DNA of 33,868 nt from Oculatellaceae cyanobacterium bins.114 (lineage in GTDB: Bacteria > Cyanobacteriota > Cyanobacteriia > Elainellales > Elainellaceae): the NCBI GenBank assembly GCA_033764315.1, contig JANRJA010000133.1, positions 1 through 33,868 on the forward strand. The letters run 5' to 3'. A model generated the notes under the pieces. It saw only the letters and a list, made by a program, of their open reading frames with translations. It made no database searches and was not told the DNA's origin. The stretch's first letter is position 1. Every line of letters begins with the position of its first letter. Of this stretch, positions 9,592 through 20,189 are shown piece after piece. Both the position numbers and the translations under genes were made by a program.

Positions 9592-10497
9592 ATGTCTCAT
9601 CCTCTCGCTAAACAAGTCATTTTGATTACAGGGGCTTCCACTGGTATCGGAGCGGCCCTCGCTCGACTCTTAGCCCATCGTTATTCTGGCATTGGTCTGG
9701 CACTTGCTGCCCGCAACCCCCAAAAACTAGATGAAGTGGCACATGACTGCCGCCAAGCTGGAGCAAACGTGTTAAGTGTGCCGACTGATATTGCCCAACC
9801 CAATCAGGTGACAGCCCTGACTCAAGCTGTTTTAGATCAGTTTGGTCGGGTTGATGCCTTGGTCAACAATGCGGGTTACGGTCAACTGGGTGCGGTAGAG
9901 TTAATTCCCCCAGAGCGGGTGCAAAATCAGTTTGCCGTGAATGTGATTGGGGCGATCGCTCTGATTCAGTCGCTGATCCCTTACATGCGCGATCAGGGGG
10001 GCGGACGCATTATTAACATCAGTTCTTTAGGGGGACGCATGGCTTTTCCCTTTGGAGGATTGTATAGTGCTTCTAAGTTTGCTCTTGAAGGGTTGAGTGA
10101 TGCCCTGCGGATGGAGCTTGCTCCTTTTAATATTCGCGTGGTGGTGGTGGAACCGGGTCCCGTGCGGACAGAGTTCTTTGATGTGGTCAAACAAGGAGTA
10201 GACGCAATGGAGATTGATCCATTAAACACTCCTTATCATGCCGCTTATGAAAACCTAGAAGGCTTGCAGCAACAGGTTGATCGACAGGCATGGTCATCAG
10301 AGCAGGTGGCTGAAGTGATTATCAAAGCATTGGGCGATCGCCGTCCCCGTCCTCGCTATGTTGCAGCGACTGGTGGTAATATCCTAATTTTCCTGATGAC
10401 CAAACTCTTGCCTACCCGCATCACCGATCTCTTTTGGCAGCGATTCTATGCCATTCATCGCGTCGCTCAAGACTGGAAATACCATAAGCAATTGTAG
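9592..10497 (+). CDS. Short-chain dehydrogenase/reductase (SDR)
   Basis: TGASTGIG, NNAG, YSASK motifs. ATG 9592 preferred over GTG 9517. Confidence 0.93.
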   Translation: MSHPLAKQVILITGASTGIGAALARLLAHRYSGIGLALAARNPQKLDEVAHDCRQAGANVLSVPTDIAQPNQVTALTQAVLDQFGRVDALVNNAGYGQLGAVELIPPERVQNQFAVNVIGAIALIQSLIPYMRDQGGGRIINISSLGGRMAFPFGGLYSASKFALEGLSDALRMELAPFNIRVVVVEPGPVRTEFFDVVKQGVDAMEIDPLNTPYHAAYENLEGLQQQVDRQAWSSEQVAEVIIKALGDRRPRPRYVAATGGNILIFLMTKLLPTRITDLFWQRFYAIHRVAQDWKYHKQL

Positions 10498-10508
10498 GGT
10501 GCAGGTCA

Positions 10509-11669
10509 ATGGATTTACTGGAGTATCAAGCCAAAGAATTATTTAGTGAGATGGGCATTCCTGTATTGCCCTCTCAACGCATTGACCATCCCAAAGATTT
10601 AAAGGGTTTAAAGATCCCCTATCCTGTTGTCTTGAAATCACAGGTTTATACGGGTGGGCGCGGCAAAGCTGGAGGAATTCGCTTTGTGGCAAACACAATC
10701 GATGCTGTAGCCGCTGCCCAAGCCATTTTTAACTTACCCATCATGGGTCAATATCCAGAGGTGGTGTTGGCAGAAGCCAAATATGAGTCAGATCGAGAGT
10801 TATATCTCGCCATTGCGATCAGTCAATCGGCTCGTCGCCCCGTGTTGCTGGGGTCACAAGTGGGGGGGATCGAACTAGAGTCGGTGATTCAACAAATGCA
10901 ACAGGTGGTCGTTGATCAAGAATTTTCGCTATTTTATGCTCGCCGCTTGGTGCTCAAGATGGGTCTGACAGGCAACCTGATTGAGTCGGTTAGCCAGTTG
11001 ATCGAGAAGATGTATTACTTGTTTGTGCAAAATGATCTGGATTTAGTCGAGATTAATCCTTTAGCGGTCAGTCCCTCAGGTGAGTTAATGGCCCTCGATG
11101 GCAAAGTCATTGTGAATGATGATGGCTTGGGACGACATGCTGATTTGGCTGCATTAAAACCAAATACCCTGCGGCGGAGTCAAAACCGAGTGGCGATCGC
11201 CGCTTCCTCTGGGTTGCACCTGTTGGAGTTAGAGGGCACCATCGCCACCCTCTGTAGCGGTATGGGGTTAGCTATGACAACCCTCGATTTAATTACAGCA
11301 ACGGGTGGAAAAGTGGCTAACCTCCTTAATGTTGGCGATGAATCTCAGTTCAATGCCCTATCGAGCAGCTTGCCTGAACGGGTGGGTCAGGGTTTGGAAC
11401 TGATGCTGCAAAGCCGAGGAATTAAAGCCGTCTTGATTAATATTCTGACGAATACAATCTCATGTCACCAAATTGCTACCATCATTGCCAACTATGTGCA
11501 GCGACGAGCCTATGGACATGTAGTGCCCCCTATGGTGGTGCGACTGGTTGGCAAAGAATTAGAGCAAGCCAAAGAGATGTTAGCGGCTGTTGATGTGCCA
11601 CTGATTCAAGATTTAGACGAGGCGATCGCTCAGGTCGTCTTACTCAGCCAAGCCCGTACAACCGGATGA
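10509..11669 (+). CDS. sucC: Succinyl-CoA ligase beta subunit (divergent cyanobacterial type)
   Basis: MDLLEYQAKELF, KSQVYTGGRGKAGG, EINPL, ALDGKV; adjacent to sucD. Confidence 0.9.
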   Translation: MDLLEYQAKELFSEMGIPVLPSQRIDHPKDLKGLKIPYPVVLKSQVYTGGRGKAGGIRFVANTIDAVAAAQAIFNLPIMGQYPEVVLAEAKYESDRELYLAIAISQSARRPVLLGSQVGGIELESVIQQMQQVVVDQEFSLFYARRLVLKMGLTGNLIESVSQLIEKMYYLFVQNDLDLVEINPLAVSPSGELMALDGKVIVNDDGLGRHADLAALKPNTLRRSQNRVAIAASSGLHLLELEGTIATLCSGMGLAMTTLDLITATGGKVANLLNVGDESQFNALSSSLPERVGQGLELMLQSRGIKAVLINILTNTISCHQIATIIANYVQRRAYGHVVPPMVVRLVGKELEQAKEMLAAVDVPLIQDLDEAIAQVVLLSQARTTG

Positions 11670-11677
11670 AGAGATTT

Positions 11678-12571
11678 ATGAATTTCACCGCAGACAGCAG
11701 AGTACTGGTTCAAGGAATTACAGAACCGACTGGGGCAACCTATGCGCCCCTCATGCAGACCTATGGCACTCAAATCGTAGCGGGCATCTCCCCAGGACAT
11801 GGCGGAGAAACCCACCAGGGCATTCCCATTTTTGACATGGTTGAGCAAGCTCTGTTTCAAGTGGGTATGGTTGATACAAGCATCATTTTTTTGCCCCCTT
11901 ACCTCGTCTTGGATGCGGCGTTAGAGGCGATCGCAGCGGGTATTCGCCAAATCATTCTAATTACCGAAGGGGTTCCGCCATTGGATATGGTGCGGTTGAT
12001 TCGCAAAGCCGAAGCAACAGAGACACTGGTGGTGGGGCCAAATTCGGCAGGGGTCATCGTCCCCGGACACATTCTCTTAGGTACCCATCCTACTGATTTC
12101 TATATGCCAGGTTCTGTAGGGCTCATCAGCCGCAGTAGCACCCTTACTCATGAAGTTGCCTGGGAACTCACCCGGTCTGGGTTTGGGCAATCAATCGCTG
12201 TTGGAGTTGGGGGCGATCGCGTGGTGGGTTCTTCGTTTCAACAATGGCTGCAAATTCTAGAAGAAGACGATCAAACAGATGTGATTATCTTAATTGGTGG
12301 CATCGGTGGCGATAGCGAAGAAGTGGCGGCTCGATACATCATGGAGGCGATCGATAAACCTGTCATCGCTTATATTGCTGGGCGCAGTGCACCTAAAGAT
12401 TTGATGGGCTATACCGAGGCGATCATTGGGCTGCAACTGACTAATACTCATCTTGGTGATGCAGAGAGTAAATTAGCTGCTTTTAAGCAGGCTCAGGTGC
12501 TGATTGCCGATCGCCCTTCCCAGATTCCAGACCTGGTCAAGCAAGCGTTGACAACATCGGCGATCGCTTAG
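11678..12571 (+). CDS. sucD: Succinyl-CoA ligase alpha subunit (divergent; catalytic His motif altered)
   Basis: VLVQGIT, ITEGVP, GPNSAG, SRSSTLT, VGVGGD, KPVIAYIAG. The expected MGHAGA reads MGYTEA. Alternative start at 11666. Confidence 0.88.
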   Translation: MNFTADSRVLVQGITEPTGATYAPLMQTYGTQIVAGISPGHGGETHQGIPIFDMVEQALFQVGMVDTSIIFLPPYLVLDAALEAIAAGIRQIILITEGVPPLDMVRLIRKAEATETLVVGPNSAGVIVPGHILLGTHPTDFYMPGSVGLISRSSTLTHEVAWELTRSGFGQSIAVGVGGDRVVGSSFQQWLQILEEDDQTDVIILIGGIGGDSEEVAARYIMEAIDKPVIAYIAGRSAPKDLMGYTEAIIGLQLTNTHLGDAESKLAAFKQAQVLIADRPSQIPDLVKQALTTSAIA

Positions 12572-13062
12572 TGGTGAATGTCTAGGTTCAACACATAGTG
12601 ACCAAATCGGACTCGACCTGACCACAATTCATATTCCAGACGCAGATGATGGGGCGAAAACCCGTCTGCACCCGATTCTCCTTTGAGGTCTAGACTGCGC
12701 GTATAGTTTTGTAGCTGAACCTGTTCGCTGCTGGTTGCCTCTTCACCTTGCAACCAATAGCGACTGATCCCATACATCCCTCTTTGCCACACATGCCGAT
12801 AACTAAATCTGCCGTTGCCTTGCATTGTCATAATTACCCGATTGGATGAAAATTCTAACCATAGCAGACGAGGTGTTTCTGATCTGGACTCTGACTCATC
12901 GTCCCAATCAGGCATCTCTTGAATCAAAGGCTCTGTTAGCAATAGGTGAAAGCGATCAGTATCTCGTTGATAAAGCGTTGCAGCCGTTTCTAACGCTGAC
13001 CAAACAGGCATATCAAACGCAATGAGTGACAAACAAACAGGCTTGCAGTGATGAGTCAGCAT
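12568..13062 (-). CDS. Conserved hypothetical protein
   Basis: 164-aa ATG ORF with protein-like composition (PRLLWLEFS, YELWSG) overlapping the sucD stop convergently. Confidence 0.75.
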   Translation of the reverse strand: MLTHHCKPVCLSLIAFDMPVWSALETAATLYQRDTDRFHLLLTEPLIQEMPDWDDESESRSETPRLLWLEFSSNRVIMTMQGNGRFSYRHVWQRGMYGISRYWLQGEEATSSEQVQLQNYTRSLDLKGESGADGFSPHHLRLEYELWSGRVRFGHYVLNLDIHH

Positions 13063-13434
13063 GGGATGAAGACCGAAAGAAGGAAGATGGCGGAAAAAAA
13101 GATACCGAAAAAGTCAGCCAAACCAGAATTGAAGAATGAATCAGAAAAGCGTGAAACCGGGAAAAAGCAGCTTATCGATACTTTTAGAGAGATCAAGAAC
13201 GGTGTAAAGAACGAGAAACAGACTGGGTTAGGGGATCAATTAACGAGAGAGAGGGTTTCGCCGTGAGCGTCAATCAAACAATAGGTAGGGACGTGCGCTA
13301 TCACATCATCCTGTCATCGGGCTACTCCACTATACTTTTACTCAAGCCGCCCAACCGTTAACGATTGACCTTTAACCACTCAGCACTCCTTCATGCGGTA
13401 GGATGACTAAACGCCGCATTTTCAGTGTATCCCA

Positions 13435-14784
13435 ATGCTAAACGGTACTATTGTCCTGGAGAAAACTAAACATCATGATTCGTTGAAAATTCAGCCACCT
13501 TCATCAGGCTTGATTTTGCAAGGACAGGTACAAATTCCTGGGGATAAATCTATTTCACACCGTGCCTTAATGTTAGGCGCATTAGCAGAGGGTGAGACTC
13601 AGATTCAGGGATTGTTGTTAGGGGAAGATCCCCGCAGCACCGCTGCCTGTTTTCGAGCGATGGGGGCTAAAATCTCAGATCTCAACACGGAAAGCGTCAC
13701 GATTCAGGGAATCGGGTTAGGGCAACTCCAAGAACCAGCCGATGTGCTGAATGCAGGCAATTCTGGGACAACGATGCGGCTGATGCTAGGGATTTTGGCA
13801 TCCCATACAAACCGATTTTTTACCGTTACAGGGGACAGTTCATTGCGATCGCGCCCTATGTCTCGTGTCATTCAACCCTTACAACAAATGGGAGCCACAA
13901 TTTGGCATCGTCAAGGGGGTTTAGCCCCGATCGCTGTTCAGGGACAAGCCCTCAAACCGCTGCATTACCATTCCCCGATCGCTTCAGCTCAAGTTAAATC
14001 ATGCATCTTGCTAGCGGGATTATTAACAGAAGGGCAAACCACGGTGACTGAACCTGTGTTGTCTCGCGATCACAGCGAACGCATGTTAAAAGCCTTTGGA
14101 GCGGCGATCGCTGTTGATCCTGAAACCACCAGTGCAACCGTTACAGGGCCTGCTCGATTGCAAGGGCAAACAGTTATTGTTCCTGGAGACATTAGCTCAG
14201 CGGCGTTTTGGTTAGTGGCAGGGGCGATCGTTCCCGGTTCTGAGCTAGTCGTCCACAATGTGGGGGTGAATCCGACTCGTACAGGGGTGTTAGATGCGTT
14301 GATGCAGATGGAGGCAGATATCACCCTCGAAAATCAGCGAGAAGTTGCTGGGGAGCCAGTCGCCGATGTGCGAGTGCGTTATAGTGTGCTCAAAGCTTGC
14401 ACTATTGCTGGAGCTTTAATTCCCCGCTTGATTGATGAGATCCCCATTCTGGCAGTGGCAGCAGCCCATGCCAAAGGCACCACTATTATTCGTGATGCAG
14501 CGGAATTACGTGTCAAAGAGAGCGATCGCCTGACAGTGATGGCCACTCAACTCAATCGCATGGGAGCCAACATTACAGAACTGTCTGATGGGTTGGAGAT
14601 CGCAGGCGGAGCCTCACTTCAGGGAACTGAGGTTGATAGCTACACCGACCACCGTATTGCGATGAGTCTGGCGATCGCGGCATTAACGGCTCAAGGCATC
14701 ACCACCATTCATCGAGCGGAGGCTGCCGCTGTTTCTTACCCTGGTTTTATCGATACCCTCCAGCAGTTGATGCAGAACGGCTAA
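13435..14784 (+). CDS. aroA: 3-phosphoshikimate 1-carboxyvinyltransferase (EPSP synthase, class II)
   Basis: [46 protein letters not shown]. Confidence 0.97.
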   Translation: MLNGTIVLEKTKHHDSLKIQPPSSGLILQGQVQIPGDKSISHRALMLGALAEGETQIQGLLLGEDPRSTAACFRAMGAKISDLNTESVTIQGIGLGQLQEPADVLNAGNSGTTMRLMLGILASHTNRFFTVTGDSSLRSRPMSRVIQPLQQMGATIWHRQGGLAPIAVQGQALKPLHYHSPIASAQVKSCILLAGLLTEGQTTVTEPVLSRDHSERMLKAFGAAIAVDPETTSATVTGPARLQGQTVIVPGDISSAAFWLVAGAIVPGSELVVHNVGVNPTRTGVLDALMQMEADITLENQREVAGEPVADVRVRYSVLKACTIAGALIPRLIDEIPILAVAAAHAKGTTIIRDAAELRVKESDRLTVMATQLNRMGANITELSDGLEIAGGASLQGTEVDSYTDHRIAMSLAIAALTAQGITTIHRAEAAAVSYPGFIDTLQQLMQNG

Positions 14785-14909
14785 GGAGTCAATGTTGGTT
14801 CATTACCAAATCGAACACGAAAATTTAAATTTTTGAAAGTATATCCAATAAATAGGATGGGAATACTGGAGAAGTCTCACAGTGGAGGCTCCTACGAGAT
14901 TTCTAAACA

Positions 14910-15359
14910 ATGTGGCACAGGCTCAAGAACCTTTTTCTTAGTGTTCAAACCTATAACATCCTGAGTCCTGACCTCGTAGCGCGACGGCAGGTCAACCAAG
15001 CACTCAGTCACCGTTCAGCCATCACTCAAGAGCAATGGTTTAGAGAATTTTGCCAACCGCTGGAGATCGACCCATCGATCGCAGCCTTTGCTTATACGCG
15101 CTTACAACATTATTCAGGGATCAAGTTTGCCCACGTGCTTCCGAGCGATCGCCTAATGGAAGATTTGCACTGGGTTGAAGTCTGCTGGGCTGACTGGGAA
15201 ACTGCTTTTTGTGAAGATTTCTGGCAGTCCTTTGGAGTCAACATCAGCGACCCATTTTTGAATTACCCGTTGTCAACCGTGGGAGAACTAGTTGTCTTCT
15301 TGAACACTCAACGACTGGCTCTAACCTCGACCAATGGGGATAGTGTGAATTCTAAATGA
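14910..15359 (+). CDS. Hypothetical protein
   Basis: 149-aa ATG ORF with a GGAGG upstream; no recognised domain. Confidence 0.7.
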   Translation: MWHRLKNLFLSVQTYNILSPDLVARRQVNQALSHRSAITQEQWFREFCQPLEIDPSIAAFAYTRLQHYSGIKFAHVLPSDRLMEDLHWVEVCWADWETAFCEDFWQSFGVNISDPFLNYPLSTVGELVVFLNTQRLALTSTNGDSVNSK

Positions 15360-15428
15360 GAATTGTTTGCAAATAGCTGCGTCCTAGAATATCCTTTAAA
15401 TAACACTTGTTGACTATCTTTCTCAATA
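15355..15428. promoter_or_regulatory. Two candidate Fur boxes
   Basis: AATGAGAATTGTTTGCAAAT (15355-15374) and TTGACTATCTTTCTCAATA (15410-15428; reverse TATTGAGAAAGATAGTCAA) resemble AT-rich Fur operators, upstream of a ferredoxin-like gene pair. Confidence 0.55.
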
Positions 15429-15583
15429 AACAAGTCCTTTCAGGATTCCACTAACACTGGATGTTAATGAAATCCACTCACGAGAGGATTCAGGAACCTG
15501 TTTGTCTGTAGCCCTTTGTTGGCATAAGACGCTCATGCTTGAAGTTGACAACGATTTGATAAACGGCTGCTTATTCTAAATTT

Positions 15584-15820
15584 ATGGATCGAATACGGTT
15601 TGCTTCTCATTCGGCTCAGTTGATTGAAATTCCTATAAGCGATCGCTGGCAAGTCTATTACCGTCTCCGAGAACTCGGCATTCCCTGTACTTGTCTCAAA
15701 GATGGAAGTCTCTGGGCAGAAATTAATACTCCTCTAGCCGCTGCCCAACTGTGGAGTATTACATTTCAACTCAAGGCATCTCGTTCACAGTTAGTAGATT
15801 GGTTAAACCGCTGCTGGTAA
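15584..15820 (+). CDS. Small conserved cyanobacterial protein (Asr1405/Asl0597-like)
   Basis: DRWQVYYRLRELGIPC.C...AAQLWS...LVDWLNRCW pattern (family recalled). Confidence 0.75.
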   Translation: MDRIRFASHSAQLIEIPISDRWQVYYRLRELGIPCTCLKDGSLWAEINTPLAAAQLWSITFQLKASRSQLVDWLNRCW

Positions 15821-15960
15821 TTTGCTTAAACTGGTAGAAAGAGCCTCAACGTTACCACTAATCCGATGCGAAGTAGTGTTTCTACGAGGGCTCATCACAT
15901 CTCAATTTCGCAACCCAGATCTAAACAGGGTGCAACACTTCACACCGTTTGGTTGACATC

Positions 15961-16560
15961 ATGAGCAAACACAAATTTGAGCCAGTGACCGATTTCACGC
16001 TAGAAGGGCGATTTTTAGGCTTTACCGCTAAAGAGAGCTATAAGCTCAAATACTTGCGATTGGTCACAGCCACGGGTGAATACACCATCAAAATTGACAA
16101 AGAGTTGCGCTCAACATTGTGGCGATCGCTGACTCCTGGAGAATGGATCAGAGTCTCAGGCTACCAAAAGCAGGGTGATAAACACGAGCCTAAGTTAAAG
16201 GCATATCAGGTTACGGTGACGGCTCCTGGCAATGGCATGCCCTTGATGCCTCTCATGCCCGCTGTCTCAGAGCCGCCTAACAGCCCATCTGTGCAATCAG
16301 AAACCGCTAAAGCCAAAATCTTGGTGTGTCAGAAGTCAGATTGTTGTCGTCGGGGTGGAACTGCCGTGACTCAAGCGTTACAAGATGCCTTGCGCGATCG
16401 TGAATTGACCGATCAGGTAGCGATCAAAGGAACAGGCTGCATGAAACGCTGCAAAGCTGGCCCCAATATCATCATGCCTGACAAAACCCGCTACAGTGGC
16501 ATCTCTCCAGAATTAATTCCTACCCTCATTGATCGACACTTGCCCAAGGAAGAGGGATAA
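15961..16560 (+). CDS. OB-fold-like N-terminus plus thioredoxin-like [2Fe-2S] ferredoxin domain protein
   Basis: ILVCQKSDCCRRGG ... TGCMKRCKAGPN Cys pattern. Confidence 0.85.
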   Translation: MSKHKFEPVTDFTLEGRFLGFTAKESYKLKYLRLVTATGEYTIKIDKELRSTLWRSLTPGEWIRVSGYQKQGDKHEPKLKAYQVTVTAPGNGMPLMPLMPAVSEPPNSPSVQSETAKAKILVCQKSDCCRRGGTAVTQALQDALRDRELTDQVAIKGTGCMKRCKAGPNIIMPDKTRYSGISPELIPTLIDRHLPKEEG

Positions 16561-16719
16561 AAGAATTTGAGTTAAAACATGACGTGATGCAACTTAGAGG
16601 TTTAGCTGCCCAGTTGCTCGTGGAGCATCCTCAAAGAGGTCTGACAAACCTCACCAGAAACCGGGATCTGGAGGAAATCGCATACCGAGTAACACGAGTT
16701 TGAAACATGAGTTTGAAAT

Positions 16720-16788
16720 AAGGGTAAAGCATTCGGTTAATGGTTAACCGTTGAATTAACAACTTCACTACCGAATGCCTCACCCCTA
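16720..16788. repeat. REP-like long hairpin between convergent genes
   Basis: AGGGTAAAGCATTCGG ... CCGAATGCCTCACCCCTA; resembles the GTAGGG...CCCTAC REP family seen at 26072 and 29671. Confidence 0.65.
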
Positions 16789-16804
16789 TAGAGAAGCAAT
16801 CTAT

Positions 16805-17494
16805 CTACGCCGCTTGAGGGGCAGCTAGCTCCTGACAATAGGCTTCATACACGCCATCCAAAAATCCCCATAGTGCATTAGCAGCCGTTTCTGCCGCTTG
16901 AGCTACTTCGGCTTGTTGCGCTTCGGTTGTGGCATGTGCCTCAATCAGTTGCAGAGTTGACTCTGCATGGTACACGTCAGCCACCTCATGCACACTAAAG
17001 AATTCATAATCGGCTGGATTGGTCATGCCATAAAAGCGTTGCAATCCATCGATTTTGACTTTGGCAACATCGGGAATCTGAGACTCGTAGACATGGAGTG
17101 CAGCCAACCCAGCATAGTAGGGAGATTGCAAACACACTTGGCGGAAGGTATCGATCAACGCTTGAGTTGACTCTAATTTGGGAGTTGCTTCTAGATCAGA
17201 GGCAGAGGCTCCAAGGGCGATCGCAAAGTTGCGCCACAAAGCGGGATGGTTTTTCTCACCCTGTTCTTCACTAATGAGATTTTCAAGCAACTCTTGACGC
17301 ACCGCCAGATGAGGGGTGTTGTAGTGAATCGCACTGATGTAAGTGGGAAACGCCAGTACATGATGGAAATATTGTTCGGCATAGTGCTGAAGCTGTTCAC
17401 GGGTCAATCTACCCTCAGTCCACGCGATGTAAAACGGGTGGGTAAGTAAGTGGCGTTGACTAACAATAGTGTGCAGTTTTTGGCGCAATGTCAT
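16805..17494 (-). CDS. CADD/TenA/PqqC-like heme-oxygenase-like diiron oxidase
   Basis: LLTHPFYIAW, ENLISEE...NHPALW, YESQIP..AKVKIDGL, FFSVHEVADVYH. Confidence 0.85.
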   Translation of the reverse strand: MTLRQKLHTIVSQRHLLTHPFYIAWTEGRLTREQLQHYAEQYFHHVLAFPTYISAIHYNTPHLAVRQELLENLISEEQGEKNHPALWRNFAIALGASASDLEATPKLESTQALIDTFRQVCLQSPYYAGLAALHVYESQIPDVAKVKIDGLQRFYGMTNPADYEFFSVHEVADVYHAESTLQLIEAHATTEAQQAEVAQAAETAANALWGFLDGVYEAYCQELAAPQAA

Positions 17495-17658
17495 GATAAT
17501 TGTCTTGATTCAAGTGAATAGAGCAAATTATCTCAGAATTGCAGGAAATTGGATAATCAGTTGAGTTAAAAACTACCTAACGTTGGATGGGATGGGTAGA
17601 GAATCTTAGCGATCGCCCTAATGATGCCCCACATTAAATTGAGAAATTGAGAACAGAT

Positions 17659-18021
17659 TTAGGGTTGCTTGAGGGGTTGATAGTGTAAACAGCGATCGCA
17701 CGGTCCATCTGGATTAACTGCACAGCGCAATAACTCAGACCGCGCATTATACAAGCACGTCATATCTCCAATGATCCAATGTCCATCCACGAGTCGTTTC
17801 TCAGAAGAAGCCTGAAATTTCTGAACATAGAGCGTTATTTGATGCAGTTGATATCGCCCTGACTTGAGAAGATAGCGATGTTTGCGCTCTAACACGATGT
17901 AAGACTGACCCTCAATCTCTAAATGAGCACCCGGCTCCGGGCTCCAGTCTAGACGCAAACGCCCTAGCGTCGAATGGGGATGGTTCAGGATGATGTCTGT
18001 GGGTGGAGGATTCAACTCCAT
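17659..18021 (-). CDS. Conserved cyanobacterial protein with C-terminal Cys motif (DUF6464-like)
   Basis: VLERKHRYLLKSGRYQL; IGDMTCLYNARSELLRCAVNPDGPCDRC. ATG 18021 preferred because the 18084 start overlaps the fusA terminator. Confidence 0.8.
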   Translation of the reverse strand: MELNPPPTDIILNHPHSTLGRLRLDWSPEPGAHLEIEGQSYIVLERKHRYLLKSGRYQLHQITLYVQKFQASSEKRLVDGHWIIGDMTCLYNARSELLRCAVNPDGPCDRCLHYQPLKQP

Positions 18022-18048
18022 AAACCTAATTGCAATAAATAGGAAGGC

Positions 18049-18081
18049 AAAAAGGTCGGAGTTCTTTAAGAACTCCGACCT
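18049..18081 (-). terminator. Rho-independent terminator of the EF-G gene
   Basis: AGGTCGGAGTTCT-TTA-AGAACTCCGACCT, a 13-bp stem followed by a T-run on the minus strand. Confidence 0.85.
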
Positions 18082-18098
18082 CATCAGTTTAGTGGTGG

Positions 18099-20189
18099 TT
18101 ATTTCGCAAGAGCCTCTTGACGCTCTTTCGCCTCCTTGATCACCGCTTCTGCCACGTTAGCGGGGCAAGGTGAGTAATGAGAGAACGACATCGAAAACTG
18201 ACCCCGACCAGATGTCATAGTCCGAAGATCACCGATGTAGCCAAACATCTCACTCAAAGGCACATCTGCCTTAATGCGAGCACCTGTTGGACCTGTTTCT
18301 TGAGATTTCATCATGCCTCGGCGACGGTTAAGGTCACCAATGACATCTCCCATGTAATCATCTGGGGTAAACACGTCCACATTCATAATTGGCTCTAACA
18401 ATTGAGGACCCGCTTTGGGAATCGATTGCCGATAAGCCGCTTTTGCCGCAATCTCAAACGCCATAGCTGACGAGTCAACAGGGTGGAAGCCACCTCCCAA
18501 CAGCGTGAATCTTAAATCCACACAGGGGAACCCAGCCAATACACCACGAACAATACTAGTCTCAAAGCCTTTTTCGACTGCTGGCCAATATTCTCTAGGA
18601 ACAGCACCACCAACCACTTTAGACTCATATTCAAAGCCAGTACCCGGTTCACCTGGCTCAACCACGTAATCGATTTTGGCGTATTGACCCGACCCACCCG
18701 ATTGCTTTTTGTGGGTGTAAGTATCTTCAATCCGCTTGGTGATCGATTCACGGTAAGCCACTTGAGGTTTACCCACTTCGACCTCAATGCCATGCGTCCG
18801 CTTGAGAATGTCAATCTTGATGTCAAGGTGCAACTCACCCATGCCCTTCAGGATCGTTTCACCACTTTCCTCATCAGTCACCATGTGGAAAGAGGGATCT
18901 TCTTGAACCATTTTGAGCAGTGCCATCGCCATTTTCTCGTCGCCACCTTTAGTCTTGGGTTTGACGGCGATCGAGATTACAGGGTCAGGGAATACCATCG
19001 GTTCTAGCGTGGCAGGATTTTTGGGATCACAGAGGGTGTGCCCAGTTTGGACATTCTTCATCCCCACAATCGCAATAATGTCACCCGCTTGAGCAGACTC
19101 GATTTCTTCCCGTGAGTTAGCGTGCATCTCAACCAGGCGGCTAATCCGGTCGGTTTTACCAGTGGCAGTGTTAAGAATGGTGTCACCTTTGCTCAAGGTT
19201 CCTGAATAGAGCCGTGTAAAGGTTAGAGCACCATAGCGATCGTCCATGATCTTAAATGCCAATGCACGCAATGGTTTTTCAGGGTCAACATAGGCAAAAT
19301 TACCAGTTTCGTTGCCTTCCAAATCCATCTCTGGCTGAGGATTAACTTCCATTGGGTTAGGCAGGTAATCAACCACCGCATCCAGCACCAACTGCACCCC
19401 TTTGTTTTTAAAGGAGGATCCACAATAGGTAGGGAAGAAAGACATGTCTCGCGTACCTTTGCGAATACATTGCTTGATCTCATCAATGGTTAGCTCTTCC
19501 CCTTCCAGGTATTTCTCCATCAGGGTGTCATCTTGCTCAACCGCAGTTTCGATCAATTGTTCACGGTATTTTTCAACCTGATCAACCATGTCAGCAGGAA
19601 CATCTTTGATCTCGTAGTTCATGGGATCACCTGAACCATCCCAGATCCAAGCTTTACGAGTGAGCAGATCGACCACACCCGTAAACTCATCTTCAACCCC
19701 AATGGGAAGCACCATCACCAGGGGCTTAGCGGCAAGAACAGTCTGGATTTGCTTGACAACACGGTAGAAATCGGCTCCAGTGCGATCGAGCTTGTTGATG
19801 TAGATAACACGAGCCACTTTGGAGTCGTTGGCGTAACGCCAGTTGGTTTCAGACTGCGGTTCAACACCCCCTGAGCCGCAGAAAACGCCGATCCCCCCGT
19901 CGAGAACCTTGAGGGAACGATAAACCTCAATGGTAAAGTCAACGTGTCCTGGAGTATCGATAATGTTGAGTTGGTAATCTTTCCAAAAACAGGTTGTTGC
20001 GGCAGATTGAATCGTAATACCACGCTCCTGCTCTTGTTCCATGAAGTCTGTTGTTGCAGCACCTTCATGTACCTCACCAATTTTGTGGATCTTACCAGTC
20101 AATTTTAGAATTCGTTCGGTTGTGGTTGTTTTACCTGCATCAACGTGAGCGAAGATGCCGATATTTCGATAGCGTGTGAGGTCTTTCAT
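18099..20189 (-). CDS. fusA: Elongation factor G, stand-alone paralogue (not in the rpsL-rpsG-fusA-tuf operon)
   Basis: [53 protein letters not shown]; 696 aa; no ribosomal protein neighbours. Confidence 0.96.
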   Translation of the reverse strand: MKDLTRYRNIGIFAHVDAGKTTTTERILKLTGKIHKIGEVHEGAATTDFMEQEQERGITIQSAATTCFWKDYQLNIIDTPGHVDFTIEVYRSLKVLDGGIGVFCGSGGVEPQSETNWRYANDSKVARVIYINKLDRTGADFYRVVKQIQTVLAAKPLVMVLPIGVEDEFTGVVDLLTRKAWIWDGSGDPMNYEIKDVPADMVDQVEKYREQLIETAVEQDDTLMEKYLEGEELTIDEIKQCIRKGTRDMSFFPTYCGSSFKNKGVQLVLDAVVDYLPNPMEVNPQPEMDLEGNETGNFAYVDPEKPLRALAFKIMDDRYGALTFTRLYSGTLSKGDTILNTATGKTDRISRLVEMHANSREEIESAQAGDIIAIVGMKNVQTGHTLCDPKNPATLEPMVFPDPVISIAVKPKTKGGDEKMAMALLKMVQEDPSFHMVTDEESGETILKGMGELHLDIKIDILKRTHGIEVEVGKPQVAYRESITKRIEDTYTHKKQSGGSGQYAKIDYVVEPGEPGTGFEYESKVVGGAVPREYWPAVEKGFETSIVRGVLAGFPCVDLRFTLLGGGFHPVDSSAMAFEIAAKAAYRQSIPKAGPQLLEPIMNVDVFTPDDYMGDVIGDLNRRRGMMKSQETGPTGARIKADVPLSEMFGYIGDLRTMTSGRGQFSMSFSHYSPCPANVAEAVIKEAKERQEALAK

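Noticed and set aside
13048-13266. 72-aa Lys/Glu-rich ORF
   Set aside because: Arises from a purine-rich intergenic tract, overlaps the start of the divergent gene, and has no recognisable motif.
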